Source: Octopus vulgaris
Taxonomy: Eukaryota
DNA length: 64,000 nucleotides
Direction of reading: 5' to 3'
Assembly (NCBI GenBank): GCA_951406725.2
Contig: OX597838.1
Location: 13,578,001-13,642,000 of the forward strand
Shown here: positions 1 to 11,531 of the stretch, piece after piece
Position numbering within the stretch: the first letter of the stretch is position 1
Layout: the number at the start of each line of letters is the position of its first letter
Position numbers and translations under genes: made by a program
The notes under the pieces: generated by a model
Told to the model about the DNA's origin: nothing
The model's input: only the letters and a program-made list of their open reading frames with translations
Databases searched by the model: none

Positions 1-342
1 GCTTATATGATATGGCTATAGGTCTATGTTCTGTGTGAGCTTATATGATATGGCTGTAGGTCTATGTTCTGTGTGGGCTTATATGATATGGCTATAGGTC
101 TATGTTCTGTAAGGGCTTATATGATATGGCTATAGGTCTATGTTCTGTGTGGGCTTATATGATATGGCTATAGGTCTATGTTATGTGTGGGCTTATATGA
201 TATGGCTATAGGTCTATGTTCTGTGTGGGCTTATATGATATGGCTATAGGTCTATGTTCTGTGTGGGTTTATATGATATGGTTATAGGTCTATGTTCTGT
301 GTGGGCTTATATGATATGACTATAGGTCTATGTTCTATGTGG
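1..342. repeat. 38-bp minisatellite, about 9 copies (runs off the window start)
   Basis: Unit GCTTATATGATATGGCTATAGGTCTATGTTCTGTGTGG repeated with few substitutions. Confidence 0.95.
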
Positions 343-1533
343 ACAGGTTGGATGACCTGTAATATGTGACTGTGTCTCTGGTATGATAATATTCTCAGGA
401 ATGTATCGTTGTAACAATGATATATTATAGTATGTGATTGGAGCAGGGAAGTCTCATCATAAATTTATTACTGAGGTAAGAAGTTGTCATAGTCAATATA
501 TGACTGAATAGAATGGAAATGTCATAGTGAATATATGACTAAGGTCGAGAGTTCATAATTAATTAAGTATCATGATAAATGTATGACTGAGTTAGATTAG
601 CAGTATCATTGTAAATTTATGACTGAGGTAGGTTTATGGATTCATGACTGAAGCAAGGAAGTTATCATAATCAACATTTAATGTTGTTTCCCATAAATTG
701 GACGGCTTGACATGAACTGGCAAAGCCAGGGGCTGCACCAAGTTCCATAGTTTGTTCTGACTTGGTTTTTACAGTTGGATGCCCTTCCTAACACCAACCA
801 CTTTATAGGGTGTACTAGGTGCTTTCAGTGTGGCACCAATGCTTTTTAAGTGGCACCAGAACCCACAGCAATGCTTTTTAAAGTGGCACCTCAGTTTCAG
901 GATATCGGTCCTGTTGTGTATTAGAGTAAATGTATAACTGAGTTAGGAAAATATAATAGTGAAAGTACCACTGAGACAGTGAAGTATCAGAGAAAGGTTG
1001 GGTGTCCCATAATAGTAAATGTATGAGTGAGGTAGGGAAGGGGATTGTAAATTGCCCCTTTTCTCAAAATACATCAAGGTGTGTTACTATGGAGTAGTTT
1101 ATGAAAGTGGTCAATAAATTTGTATAGAAAATCTCAGATTAACTATAACAGACGGATAGAGAAAGGTGTCTTACTATAGAAGAAATGCTTGTCTACTCCA
1201 GCAAGAAAAGACAGGAGAGGAAGGAGAGAGTGGAGAGGAAGATGGGGAGACAGGCAGTGAGAGAAACGTTGGAGATGCATCAGGACCTACCCACAGGGAA
1301 CATTGTGGGGATATAAGTGCTACAGAGGTGTTAGAGGGGGATGTTCTATAAGAGCGTGAAGGGAGATGTTTCGAGATGAGGGAGAGGTGGCTGTAGCAAA
1401 TGATGGCGGAAGATATTGGAGTGATTGGGACAGGAATATGGTAGTTGTGTGGTGTGGGGACATGGAGAGTGTGGGGATAGGCACATGAGGGAGAATGGCT
1501 TGGTCTAAGAAATGTGGTTTACTTTTTTAACAG

Positions 1534-1644
1534 GAAGAAGACTGGAAGCTGTTGTCCATGTTGGTAGACAGAGAGAAAGAACTCGAACAAATTGAAACAG
1601 CCAAGAGACAGGCAGCACTGAATGATGCCAGATGGATGAAAGAG
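1534..1644 (+). CDS. TCHP: Trichoplein internal exon (gene starts upstream of the window)
   Basis: ttttttaacAG acceptor and GAG/GTAAGT donor; EEDWKLLSMLVDREKELEQIETAKRQAALNDARWMKE; splices in frame to five further exons resembling the vertebrate TCHP C-terminal half. Confidence 0.85.
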
Positions 1645-1870
1645 GTAAGTTATTTAGTAGTAGTAGTAGTAGTAGTAGTAATTGCTACTGTTGCTGCATA
1701 CCCCACACCCACCCAGGTAGCTCTGATCCAGTAGATTTTTTAATCAATGATATTCTTTTGTATCATTCTAATGTGATATGAGGGAAATTTGGCTGCTATT
1801 TCTAGCAGGTTGATCAAGCACCTAAGTGCTTCCTTTGTCAGTAAAAAAACTGTTACAGTGTTGTATTTGT

Positions 1871-2192
1871 ATCATCATCATCATCATTGTTTAACGTCCG
1901 TTTTCCACGCTAGCACAGGTTGGACGGTTCGACCGGGGTCTGGGAAGCCAGGAGGCTGCACCAGGCTCCAGTCTGATCTGGCAGTGTTTTTACAGCTTGA
2001 TGCCCTTCCTAACGCCAACCACTCCGCGAGTGTAGTGGGTGCTTTTTATGTGCCACCTGCACAGGTGCCTGGGGGGTCTGGCATCGGCCACGATCGGTTG
2101 GTGCTTTTAACGTACCACCGGCACGGAAGCCAGCCAAGGCGGCGCTGGCATCGGCCACGTTCGGATGGTGCTTTTTATGTGCCACCGGCACA
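1871..2192 (-). mobile_element. SINE-like family C (RTE-related non-autonomous retroelement), representative copy
   Basis: Body has GGCGTTAGGAAGGGCATCCAGC and repeated GTGCCRGTGGCAC-GTAAAAAGCACC modules; 3' end CCATGCTAGCATGGAAAACGGACGTTAAA(TGA)n. Other copies near 695-890(-), 2372-2520(-), 6146-6405(+), 10575-10840(+), 12135-12830(-), 13815-14085(+), 20842-21033(-), 26860-27100(+), 35255-35580(+), 39750-40220(+), 47435-47725(+), 63515-63720(-). Confidence 0.85.
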
Positions 2193-2741
2193 GCTATTTG
2201 TATATGTGTATTTGTGTATGTGTGTGTAAATATGTAAGTTTGTTATCAACTTTGTTATAGGGTTGTGCCTTATGTTTATGTGTGTATATGTGTTTGTATA
2301 GTGTATATATGTACACTTGGAGTCAACCTCGTATTACCTTCCGTATATGTGATGATGATTGTCATCATAATCATCATGGCACATAGGTTGGACAGTTTGA
2401 CTGGTTCTGATAAGCTGGAGAGCTGCACCAAGTTCCAGTCTGATTTGGCTTGGTTTCTAAGGTTGGATGCCCTTCCTAACACCAACCAGTTTACAGAGTG
2501 TGCTGAGTGCTTTTAATGTGTCAAGGCACACTTCCTGGAATCTTGCTGTGATGCAAGCCAAACCAAAATACATTTTGCATCATGGAAACCTCCATGCTGA
2601 AGCAAAATTTTCACTTACACATAATACTGAGAATACCTGTTTGTGCATTTCATTATAGGGCCATGTGTGTGTGTGTGTGTAGGTGTAAATATGTTGACTC
2701 TATGCAAAGATTTTGTGAAGGTACATGATTCAGTGATAGTG

Positions 2742-3015
2742 TCTTCTTCTTCTTCTTCTTCTTCTTCTTCTTCTTCTTCTTCTTCTTCTTCTTCTTCTTC
2801 TTCTTCTTCTTCTTCTTCTTCTTCTTCTTCTTCTTCTTCTTCTTCTTCTTCTTCTTCTTCTTCTTCTTCTTCTTCTTCTTCTTCTCCTCCTTCTTCTTCT
2901 TCTTCTTCTTCTTCTTCTTCTTCTTCTTCTTCTTCTTCTTCTTCTTCTTCTTCTTCTTCTTCTTCCTCCTCTTCTTCTTCTTCTTCTTCTTCTTCTTCTG
3001 CTGCTGCTGCTGCTG

Positions 3016-3091
<76 letters not shown>

Positions 3092-3115
3092 GACCACCAC
3101 CACCACTACTACTAC
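2742..3115. repeat. Compound microsatellite (TCT)n-(GCT)n-(ACT)n
   Basis: Directly visible; ends about 15 nt before the TCHP acceptor at 3131-3132. Confidence 0.97.
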
Positions 3116-3132
3116 TCTGTTTCTTCTTTCAG

Positions 3133-3194
3133 GTTGTAGAGGAACAGTTGAAAGTGGAGAAGCTACGAGAGGCAGAACTGGATCTCTTGTTTGA
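3133..3194 (+). CDS. TCHP: Trichoplein exon
   Basis: ttctttcAG ... GA/GTAAGT; VVEEQLKVEKLREAELDLLF(E), resembling TCHP xIEEQLQLERAREAELQMLL. Confidence 0.88.
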
Positions 3195-4653
3195 GTAAGT
3201 GATTGTATGATGTGATGATGTTCAACAGTTTATTGACTACGAGTTAGCTCTCCGCTCCCACCTTCTTTTTTTTGCTCCCTTCTTTTTGTAGGCTTTTGCC
3301 CTGATGGTTTTATGGGGTTGAATGCAATTGTAATTCATTGAGTAGTAATTGTTTGTTTAAATAAATTTTAAATTACAGGTTGTTTAGGATAAATTTGACA
3401 GTTTGCTTGAAAGAAAAAGAAAACAATATTCCATCTGAAAATAAAAATATTTAAGAAAAATCAAAAAAAAAATATCAACTAGATTATGACTGGGAGATAA
3501 CAGTTTATTCACAGTAGCCACCCTTGGCTCACCCTGGCCTCAATATATATATATATATATTATATGTAGAAAAATACAAACTGGGACAAGAACGTAAAAC
3601 ATTTAGAAGACGATACAAAAAACACGGATGGGACATTCGAAGCCTTCAATCTTCAGTCAAGAACCGGATCATTCTAGCAATTTCGGCTGATTAATCTTGA
3701 GATCGCTCCGATCCGGCCAGCCCCAAGGAAAAAGTAAGCTACGCGCATTAGATTTCTTGGAAAAAGGATTGAATGTATGCGAAACAGGGACAGAAAAACG
3801 GACGATGCCACACGAATATAAAATACAAAAAACAATAATAGTAAAAACAGGACAAAAACAGCGGGTGTCTTACGACTAATAGACAGTACAACTTAGTTTA
3901 GCTGGCGTATTTGGAAAAAATGCCTTTTTCGGCAGACGAAGACAATGATCTTCTCATGGCGCTGGTTAGAAGCCGAAAGGCTGGTTGACCAGCGGTCACG
4001 TGAGAGGAGAAGAGAGAGAAAAAAAAGGGGGCAAAGGAATCAAAGAGAGAGAGAAAAAGAGGGACGAAGGCAACAAAGGGGGGAGAAGAGAGAGAAAGAA
4101 GGAATTAAAGAGGGGAGAAGAAAGAGAGCGTGCCAAGGATTGGCTTGGCAACAGAAATATATTCAATATATATTCAAGACATGGATGAAATGCTACTAAA
4201 CATTTTGTCCATTGTGCTAATAATTCTGCCATCTTGCTGCCTTAGTTCACTTGGAAATAAGTAAAGTTTATGACAGGAAGAACATCAACCCACAAAATCC
4301 ACCTCAGTAAGTTTCATTTGACCATGTAGGCATGGATAAATGGATATCAGAACATGGTGTTGGTGGTGGCAGTGGTGGTGGTGGTGGCAGTGGCTGCTGC
4401 TGCTAGGGCAACAATGGTGATGGTGGTGAGGAGGAAAAGGAGGAGATAGTGGGAGAGGATTTGCCCCTGGCAGGAATCTTTATGCCATTATCTTAAAACT
4501 GACCAGTTGACTTTTACATAATGTGCATAATATCCTTAGCCTTCTTGGGGAAAGCTGTTGAGGGCCTGGGATGATGAGATATGGTAAGTACGTAGCTCTG
4601 TTTCTGTGGCGTGGTGGACAGATGTGGAACTAAAAGTATTTGATTAATTGAAG

Positions 4654-4735
4654 GGAGGAGGCTGCTCGGATGTGGAAGAAGAGAGAAAAGGACTGGGAAC
4701 TAGAGAAACAAGCCAGAGAAAACCTTATGATTGAG
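4654..4735 (+). CDS. TCHP: Trichoplein exon
   Basis: aAG ... GAG/GTAAAT; phase matches the previous exon; EEAARMWKKREKDWELEKQARENLMIE, resembling TCHP [27 protein letters not shown]. Confidence 0.88.
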
Positions 4736-5245
4736 GTAAATTCTAGCTTTCTATGTCTTTTTTTTCTATCTTTCTGCCTCCTGCTTTTGTAAAGATGGAT
4801 GAAATGCCTTTAAACATTTTTCCTGCCTGAAACTGGTATAAACTTTTTTTTGTGTGTGTGTGTATGTAAAAGCATGTTTCTAGTGTGTGTATGTATATAT
4901 AGTGTGTGTATGTATATATAGTGTATGTATATATAGTATGTATATATAGTGTTCATGTATATATGTTCATGTATATATATGTTCATGTATATGTATATGT
5001 TCATGTATATATGTATATATGTTCATGTATATATATGTTCATGTATATGTATATGTTCATGTATATATGTATATATGTTCATGTATATATATGTTCATGT
5101 ATATATGTGCATGTATATATAGTGTGCATGTATATATAGTGTTTATGTGTGTGTGTGTGTGTGTGTGTCTATAGTATTTGTGTTTGTATGTGCGTGAGTG
5201 TGATTGTAAATGTTAATTGCTACAAGTGATGCATCCATTAATTAG

Positions 5246-5431
5246 GTTTTAAAGACACGTCAGGGACAAATGGAGGAAAAATTGGAGAAACTGAAAGAAC
5301 TACAAAAGGAATCTCTACAGGAACGGGAAGAATTACTCAAAGACATGGAAATGGCCCAGCAACTGTCTTACAGAGAGAAGGATAGACTGGATACAGCACG
5401 ATCCACCCAACGGAAGACATTAGATGAACAG
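5246..5431 (+). CDS. TCHP: Trichoplein exon
   Basis: attAG ... CAG/GTGAGA; 62 codons, VLKTRQGQMEEKLEKLKELQKESLQEREELL...RKTLDEQ, coiled coil. Confidence 0.88.
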
Positions 5432-5441
5432 GTGAGAAATA

Positions 5442-5732
5442 TCTTTATATATAAAACTGAAGTTGTGTGAGAGTCTGTCTCCTCTGATTTAGATTCCTAA
5501 CTACTCCCACATTTTGCGGTGCTGTTTAACTAAAAGCAGGTATCTTATAGTCGTGATTTATATTGAGCCCTTCTGGGTATTAGCGCACGTCTACGATGAT
5601 AAAAATTTACCATCATCTTTTCATTTTTTTAATGCATTTTTTGCTTGGTTTATATAAGGGAAATAACTCTCTAAAAATGCTTATATAGTTATTTCCATTA
5701 CAAACCCGAGCAAAACTGGGCGATACTGCTAG
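5442..5732 (+). mobile_element. Non-autonomous Helitron
   Basis: 5'-TC start, subterminal hairpin CCCGAGC-AAAA-CTGGG, 3'-CTAG, inserted between A and T; about 10 nt downstream of a TCHP donor. Confidence 0.8.
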
Positions 5733-5758
5733 TAATTGTTACGCAACATTTTTGTTTT

Positions 5759-5804
5759 TTAACCCATCTAGCATTCAGATTCTTCTGTCAAATGCAATGC
5801 TTCT

Positions 5805-5836
<32 letters not shown>

Positions 5837-6060
5837 TATCATCATCATCGTTTAATGCCCGCCTTCCATGCTGACATGGGTGGAACTACTTTTTAAATTA
5901 ATCATACAGTATCTCATAGCTTTGAGATTTCAATGATGTAACTTTATTTTTAGTATGACTATACAAGGTAGGTGTGAGAGGTCAGGTCTGGCCAGTTTGA
6001 CTATAAGACAGGCAGAACATTTGGGCCAGATTTGGCCTGCTGAAATGCTAAAACGGTTAA
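5759..6060. mobile_element. TTAA-flanked MITE (piggyBac/Kolobok-like)
   Basis: Ends TTAACCCATCTAGCATT ... AATGCTAAAACGGTTAA; related to 62802-63030 and the fragment at 22272. Confidence 0.55.
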
Positions 6061-6559
6061 GGTTTATTTAACATTGATAAAAAGGAAAGAAATGAATGTT
6101 GTTGGTGGTTTGTTAGTGTAGATTGTTGTTTTGTGGTAATATTTACTGGCACCTGTGCCAGTGGCATGTGTAGAAGATTCGAGCGAGGTCGTTGCCAGTG
6201 CCGCCTGACTGGCCCCGTGCCGGTGGCACATAAAAGCACCCACTACACTCTTGGAGTGGTTGGCGTTAGGAAAGGCATCCAGCTGTAGAAACTCTGCCAG
6301 ATCAAGATTGAAGCCTGGTGCAGCCATCTGGTTCGCCAGCCCTCAGTCATTCGTCCAACCCATGCTAGCATGGAAAGCGGGCGTTAAATGATGATGATGA
6401 TGATGATTTATAAAGCTTGCTTTGGATCCCTGTGGTTTTGGGTTCAGTCCCAATTCGCCTCTAAGCTGTATATGGGGACATATAACTTAGAGGAGAATTG
6501 GAAGCTCCTGTGGGACAACCTACTGAGGGGGCTAAAGACCAAACTTGTGGCTGGTGTAT

Positions 6560-7125
6560 ATGGTGATGGAGCAAGGGGGTAGACAATGCTATAAAAGCAG
6601 AGAGACAGGCCTGGAAAGACTGGAAAAATGGTGGCAGCAGAGAATTATATCGGGTTGCCAGAAGATAAGCTAGGTGTATATATATAGCAAAAGGAATAGC
6701 AGGAATTAAGAGATTTGCTCATGTTCTACAGCATGAAAATCGGAGACATGAGGTGTTCTGGACAGCAAAGCAGAGTATCAAAGAGAATAGAGATGTGGTG
6801 GATGAGAAATGTGTGCAAATGGATAATGGTATGGTTGCACTTAATGATTCGGAGATGAAAGATGCATGGAAGTGCAACTATGAAAGGTTGCTAAATGTGG
6901 AGAATGCATGGGAGAAGGAGTTTTACAATTGCGGACCCAATTGAGGGATCAGCCATCAGTCTACAGCTGTATGATGGATAAGGTAATTAAGGATAAGAAG
7001 ACAGGGAAAGCCCCAGGACCATCGAGAATCAACACTGGGATGCTTAAAATATCTGGCAAAGTAGGATACAGGTTAGTCAGTTGTATACTTAATCAGGCTA
7101 TCCAGGAAGGTGTCGTCTCCAATGA
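6560..7125 (+). mobile_element. Decayed RTE-clade LINE ORF2 fragment (endonuclease-RT linker)
   Basis: Peptides AWKCNYERLLNVENAW and IKDKKTGKAPGPSRINTGMLK, with stops and frameshifts. Confidence 0.8.
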
Positions 7126-7260
7126 CTGTTATATATCAATGCTATCATGTAGATTAACATGTAGAAATTCAACAGATCATGCATTCTTCAGTTCCTAATT
7201 GTAACAAGAGACTCCCTATTTTTGTATTGATGAAAATAAAAAGGCTCTGACATAACAATA

Positions 7261-7423
7261 GGCGCAGGAGTGGCTGTGTGGTAAGTAGCTTGTTTACCAA
7301 CCACATGGTTCCGGGTTCAGTCCCACTGCATGGCACCTTGGGCAAGTGTCTTCTACTATTGCCTCGGGCCGACCAAAGCCTTGTGAGTGGATTTGGTAGA
7401 CGGAAACTGAAAAGAAGCTTGTC

Positions 7424-7466
<43 letters not shown>

Positions 7467-7680
7467 TGTGTGTGTTTGTCCCCCTAGCATTGCTTGACAA
7501 CTGATGCTGGTGTGTTTATGTCCCCCGTTACTTAGCGATTCGGGAAAAGAGACCGATAGAATAAGTACTGGGCTTACAAAAAGAATAAGTCCCGGGGTTG
7601 AGTTGCTCGATTAAAGGCGGTGCTCCAGCATGGCCGCAGTCAAAATGACTGAAACAAGTAAAAGAGTAAAGAGTAAGAGT
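7261..7680 (+). mobile_element. tRNA-derived SINE family A, representative copy
   Basis: Head GGCGCAGGAGTGGCTGTGTGGTAAG (A box) ... GGTTCAGTCCC (B box), CORE-like CCTTGGGCAAGT, internal (TA)n(TG)n, tail TGACTGAAACAAGTAAAAGAG. Other copies near 9715-9876(-), 11715-12058(-), 18552-18830(-), 19443-19561(-), 22459-22845(+), 22862-23022(-), 25583-25980(+), 29995-30400(+), 30630-31215(+), 31226-31640(+), 33556-34165(+), 36153-36408(+), 51105-51360(-), 52731-52865(+), 58271-58415(-), 58739-59155(+). Confidence 0.9.
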
Positions 7681-7766
7681 AACTGAAAATACCTTTGTTG
7701 GTGCAATGGTTCACCTCTGAAAAACAAATCATTTCTGCTTTTGTTATTTATTTGTTTCTTCTACAG

Positions 7767-7910
7767 GTTGCACTACAGCGCCAAGAACTCGAATCTGTAC
7801 AGCAAATTGAGAAGCTACAATTAGATGAAGAGGAAGAAAATGCCAAGTGGTATGATGCTGTTCTCCAGGAGGAAACTGATCGACGGAGACAGAAAGGTTA
7901 CGTTCCTAGA
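7767..7910 (+). CDS. TCHP: Trichoplein exon
   Basis: ttcttctacAG ... AGA/GTAAGT; VALQRQELES...WYDAVLQEETDRRRQKGYVPR. Confidence 0.88.
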
Positions 7911-7996
7911 GTAAGTACAGTCCCTTCGCCCACATATAGGCTGGAGCAGGGGATAGAACTTGTCTCTTCTTAATCCCTCTATCTTTTTTTGTGGCT

Positions 7997-8029
<33 letters not shown>

Positions 8030-8032
<3 letters not shown>

Positions 8033-8285
8033 TATGATAGAAGAAGGTTAACTCTTCCTTCCGTAGAAGAAAAAAATTCAAATCGGACCATGTTAACACC
8101 AAAAATTATTTACATCAAAAAGGTGCCTTTATGAAAATCCCTATTTTTTACGACTGCTGTGTCGCCATTTTTCGGTGTATTTCACTTAAAGAGAATAACA
8201 AGCTACATACTGCCAAATTTTTACTTTTCAAAAATTCCAATTCTAAAGGGTCTAAACAAACTGCAACGCCGGGCGATACTGTTAG
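8030..8285 (+). mobile_element. Non-autonomous Helitron, 3' part
   Basis: Homologous to the element at 51368-51750; ends GCAACGCCGGGCGATACTGTTAG/T (mutated CTAG). Confidence 0.7.
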
Positions 8286-8492
8286 TACCCAATAAAAACC
8301 TCTTTGAACAGAATAAATGTTCCTCCTACCACCTCCACCACAACACTCTTCAGCAAGTTGCTCTTCCCTTGCTGTTGGGCTATATTTATTTTCATACAAA
8401 CACCATCATCATCCCTAGCACCACAAACATATCTGACTGATATTCTTCGATTCTTGCTCACCTAAGTCTGCTAATACCTGTTTATTTTTCAG

Positions 8493-8522
8493 AATTATGG
8501 TCGTCGTACTGCTTGGATGTGA
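8493..8522 (+). CDS. TCHP: Trichoplein terminal coding exon
   Basis: tttatttttcAG then NYGRRTAWM-stop; the spliced end GYVPRNYGRRTAWM resembles the TCHP C-terminus GYRPKPYGHPKIAWN. Confidence 0.85.
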   Translation, partial: NYGRRTAWM

Positions 8523-8785
8523 TCCCCCGTCGCGGGTGATTGCGATGCTGTTGTCACCATTAAGTTGTGATGGTTGATGCTGCTGTACTTCATGGATGTG
8601 ATGGCCGCTGTGTGGCTGTGGTGATTCCTCTTCAACACCCTCATCTCCAAATTGATGCAATGATGAAAACAACTGCAACTACTCTTACTGGCTGCATATT
8701 GTGTTAATGCTACATGTTTGGAGATGTCAACAACCTCTGAAGAAGAAAATTTTGTATATCTATGTGTAGATGAGTACATACATGT

Positions 8786-8833
<48 letters not shown>

Positions 8834-8861
8834 AAGGATGAAAAGGAACACACGAGTTGAT

Positions 8862-9157
8862 ATATATGAAAAAACAAGTCAAGATGGAAAATGCTAAAAT
8901 AATTTTATAAAGAACATTTCAGTACCGGTTTCAGTCATTTGAGACCTTTTCAACTGTAACGATTAAATAATTAAATTTAGAAAAATTAAAAGAAAAGTCC
9001 TAATATTCTTTTAAAAGAACTTTCTTTTAATTTTTTTTCTAAATTTAATTATTTAATCGTTACCATTGAAAAGGTCTCAAAATGACTGAAACATTACTGA
9101 AATTTTTTTTTTTTGATTATTTTAGCATTTTCTATCCTGACTTGTTTTTTCATATAC
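8862..9157. repeat. Long inverted repeat (arms about 135 bp) of Penelope-like terminal sequence
   Basis: Left arm ATATATGAAAAAACAAGTCAAGATGGAAAATGCTAAAATAAT...AATTAAAAGAAAAGT is the reverse complement of the right arm ACTTTCTTTTAATT...ATTATTTTAGCATTTTCTATCCTGACTTGTTTTTTCATAT; short spacer. Confidence 0.9.
8920..8956 (-). ncRNA. Minimal type I hammerhead ribozyme motif, U3-A8 core variant
   Basis: Minus strand CAG-UUGAAAA-GGUC-UCAAAU-GACU-GAA-ACCGGU-A-CUG: helix I CAG/CUG, helix II GGUC/GACU, palindromic helix III, GUA cleavage triplet. Confidence 0.6.
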
Positions 9158-9385
9158 ATATATATATATGTGTGTGTGTGTATGTAAGTGTGTTCGTGTG
9201 TAGGTGTAATCATAGTTATGAATACAAAGCATTGTTATATTGTTAAGGCGATTGTCTTGCATGTGATTCCCAGGTTCAATCCCACTGTTTGGCACGTTTA
9301 GCAAATTTTTTTATAATCACAGACTTGAGTGAAATCACAGACATATGAGTGAAACTTGGCAGATGAAAACTATGAGGAAGCTCTT

Positions 9386-9423
<38 letters not shown>

Positions 9424-9887
9424 GGATTGAGAGCAAGTGAGTATGCGTGTTTGTAAAAAGATGTATGTATATGCTTTTGTGCTAATATACATATATATAT
9501 AATTATATATATGTGTGTGTTTGTGTATGTACTTGCATGTGTGTGTTTATTTTATGCCCATTTTTGGAGCTGGCACAGGTTGGATAAGTATGTATATTTA
9601 AGGCAGTTTTTTGTAGTCTTATTTGAAGATGCTCTTCCAGTCAAATCTTTTCTTATTTTTTAATTCCACTACTTTGAGAGTGCAGAGGAAGGGAAACTCA
9701 ACAATATTCTTTTCTTTTATTCTTTTATTTGTTTCAGACATTTGACTGTGGCCATGCTGGGGCACCGCCTTTAGTTGAGCAAATTGACTCCAGGACTTAC
9801 TCTTTGTAAGCCTAGTACTTAAACTATCGGTCTCTCTTACGAACCACTAAGTGACAGCGACGTAAACACACCAGCTTAGTAGTCTGT

Positions 9888-10276
9888 GGCGAGCTGGCAG
9901 AAACATTAGCACACTGGGCGAAATGCTTAGCGGTATTTCGTCTACCACTACGTTCTGAGTTCAAATTCTGCCAAGGTCGACTTTGGCTTTCATCCTTTTG
10001 GGGTTGATTAAATAAGTATCAGTTACGCACTGGGGTCGATATAATCGACTTAATCCGTTTGTCTGTCCTTGTTTGTCCTCTCTGTGTTTAGCCCCTTGTG
10101 GGTAGTAAAGAAATAGGTATTTTGTCTGCTGCTACATTCTGAGTTCAAATTCTGCCGAGGTCGACTTTGCCTTTCATCCTTTTGGGGTTGGGGTCGATAT
10201 AATTGACTTAATCCGTTTGTCTGTCCTTATTTGTCCCCTCTGTGTTAGCCCCTTGTGGGCAGTCAAGAAATAAGAA
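9888..10276 (+). mobile_element. tRNA-derived SINE family B (head-to-tail dimer), representative copy
   Basis: Head GGCGAGCTGGCAGAAAC.TTAGC, B box GAGTTCAAATTC, central AGGTCGACTTTGCCTTTCATCCTTT.GGGGTCGATAAA..AAGTACCAG. Other copies near 12561-12792(+), 15077-15487(+), 26421-26657(-), 29450-29840(+), 32679-32791(-), 39473-39640(-), 43196-43400(-), 43446-43660(+), 48135-48325(-), 62075-62306(+), 63062-63511(-). Confidence 0.9.
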
Positions 10277-11531
10277 TGACATGGTTAGTAGTCTGCAGGA
10301 GCCAAGAGACAGGGAAAAAGGGTCAGGCTAATGCAGGGTGGGGGAGTTACTATATTATTGGGTAGGGAGCACAATACAAAGCACTTCCAGAAATCAGTTT
10401 TGTTGGCAGGTGTGGGTCTTTTCAAGAATCTCATATTGCCAGAGACCCCGGTCCTTTGTCTTCTCTTCCATTAAGCTCAGGGTCTGAGGTCAGCCTTAAC
10501 CATTCAATCTCATGTCTATCCGGGTCTCCCTATTTTGCTAGTTCCATTCACATTTATTGATTGTATATATATATGTGCCGGTGGCTCGTAAAAAGCACCA
10601 TCCAACCGTGGCCGTTTGCCAGCCCCATCTGGCACCTGTGCTGGTGGCACGTAAAAAGTACACCCACTACACTTACGGAGTGGTTGGCGTTAGGAAGGGC
10701 ATCCAGCCGTAGAAACATTGTCAGACCAGACTGGAGCCTGGTGCAGCCTCCTGGCTTCCCAGACCCCAGTTGAACCGTTCAACCCATGCTAGCATGGAAA
10801 ACGGACGCTAAATAATGATGATGATGATGATGATGATGATTGTATATATATATTTATTTATCATCATCATCATCATCATTTAACATCCCTTTTTTCCATA
10901 CTGGAAATGAAATCTGGAATCAAAGGGTCTTGAAGTTAACAAAGCCTGAAGTTCTAATTAGTGCAAAAACAGACAGAATATTAAGTACACTCTGTAAAGT
11001 GGTCGGCAATAGGAAGGGCATCAATAAGAAGTGACTCAGACCATGACAACCTGTCCAATTCTTGCCAGCATTGAAAATTGATATAAAATGAAGATCGTGA
11101 TGACGTGTGGTGTATGTCTGCCTCAGAATGTATGTATGGTTGCTCTTGTGTCGAGTTACATATGAAACCGATTTAACATTAAGCTGAAGAATTACTTAAT
11201 ACTCTTTAGCAGTGTACTTGTTTATTAAAATGTGATAACTAAAAGGACGATAGTGACTTTGAAGTTCCAACCTGCTAGCCTTTGTATGCGTGCATATCAT
11301 GTATACATGTATATGTATGTATGCCTGTATGTGTTACATATATGTGTTCATGTGTATGTTTATGTGTGTGTATTCTTCAGTGTATGTTTGCGTATATCTG
11401 TCATCATTGCCTTTGTCATTCCTTACAAGGGCATAATTTACTTTTGCAATGCAATAATCTGACTCACTGTGTCTGCTTCCTGGTTTTCCTGTCTTCCTCT
11501 GTGTCACTCTATCTCTATTTGATAACACCAA

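Noticed and set aside
1166-1351. Acidic 61-aa ORF
   Set aside because: Purine-rich intronic sequence with no splice support or homology.
2615-3194. Poly-E, poly-S and poly-V ORFs
   Set aside because: Intronic trinucleotide microsatellite; only 3133-3194 is coding, in another frame.
3565-3900. Possible Penelope terminal repeat with CTGAAGA...CGAA and GGCTG...CAGCCGAAA on the minus strand
   Set aside because: Could not assemble a complete hammerhead core; family assignment is not supported.
7261-7330. tRNA-like heads with A and B boxes (also about 48910-48980 on the minus strand)
   Set aside because: SINE heads without a complete cloverleaf, not tRNA genes.
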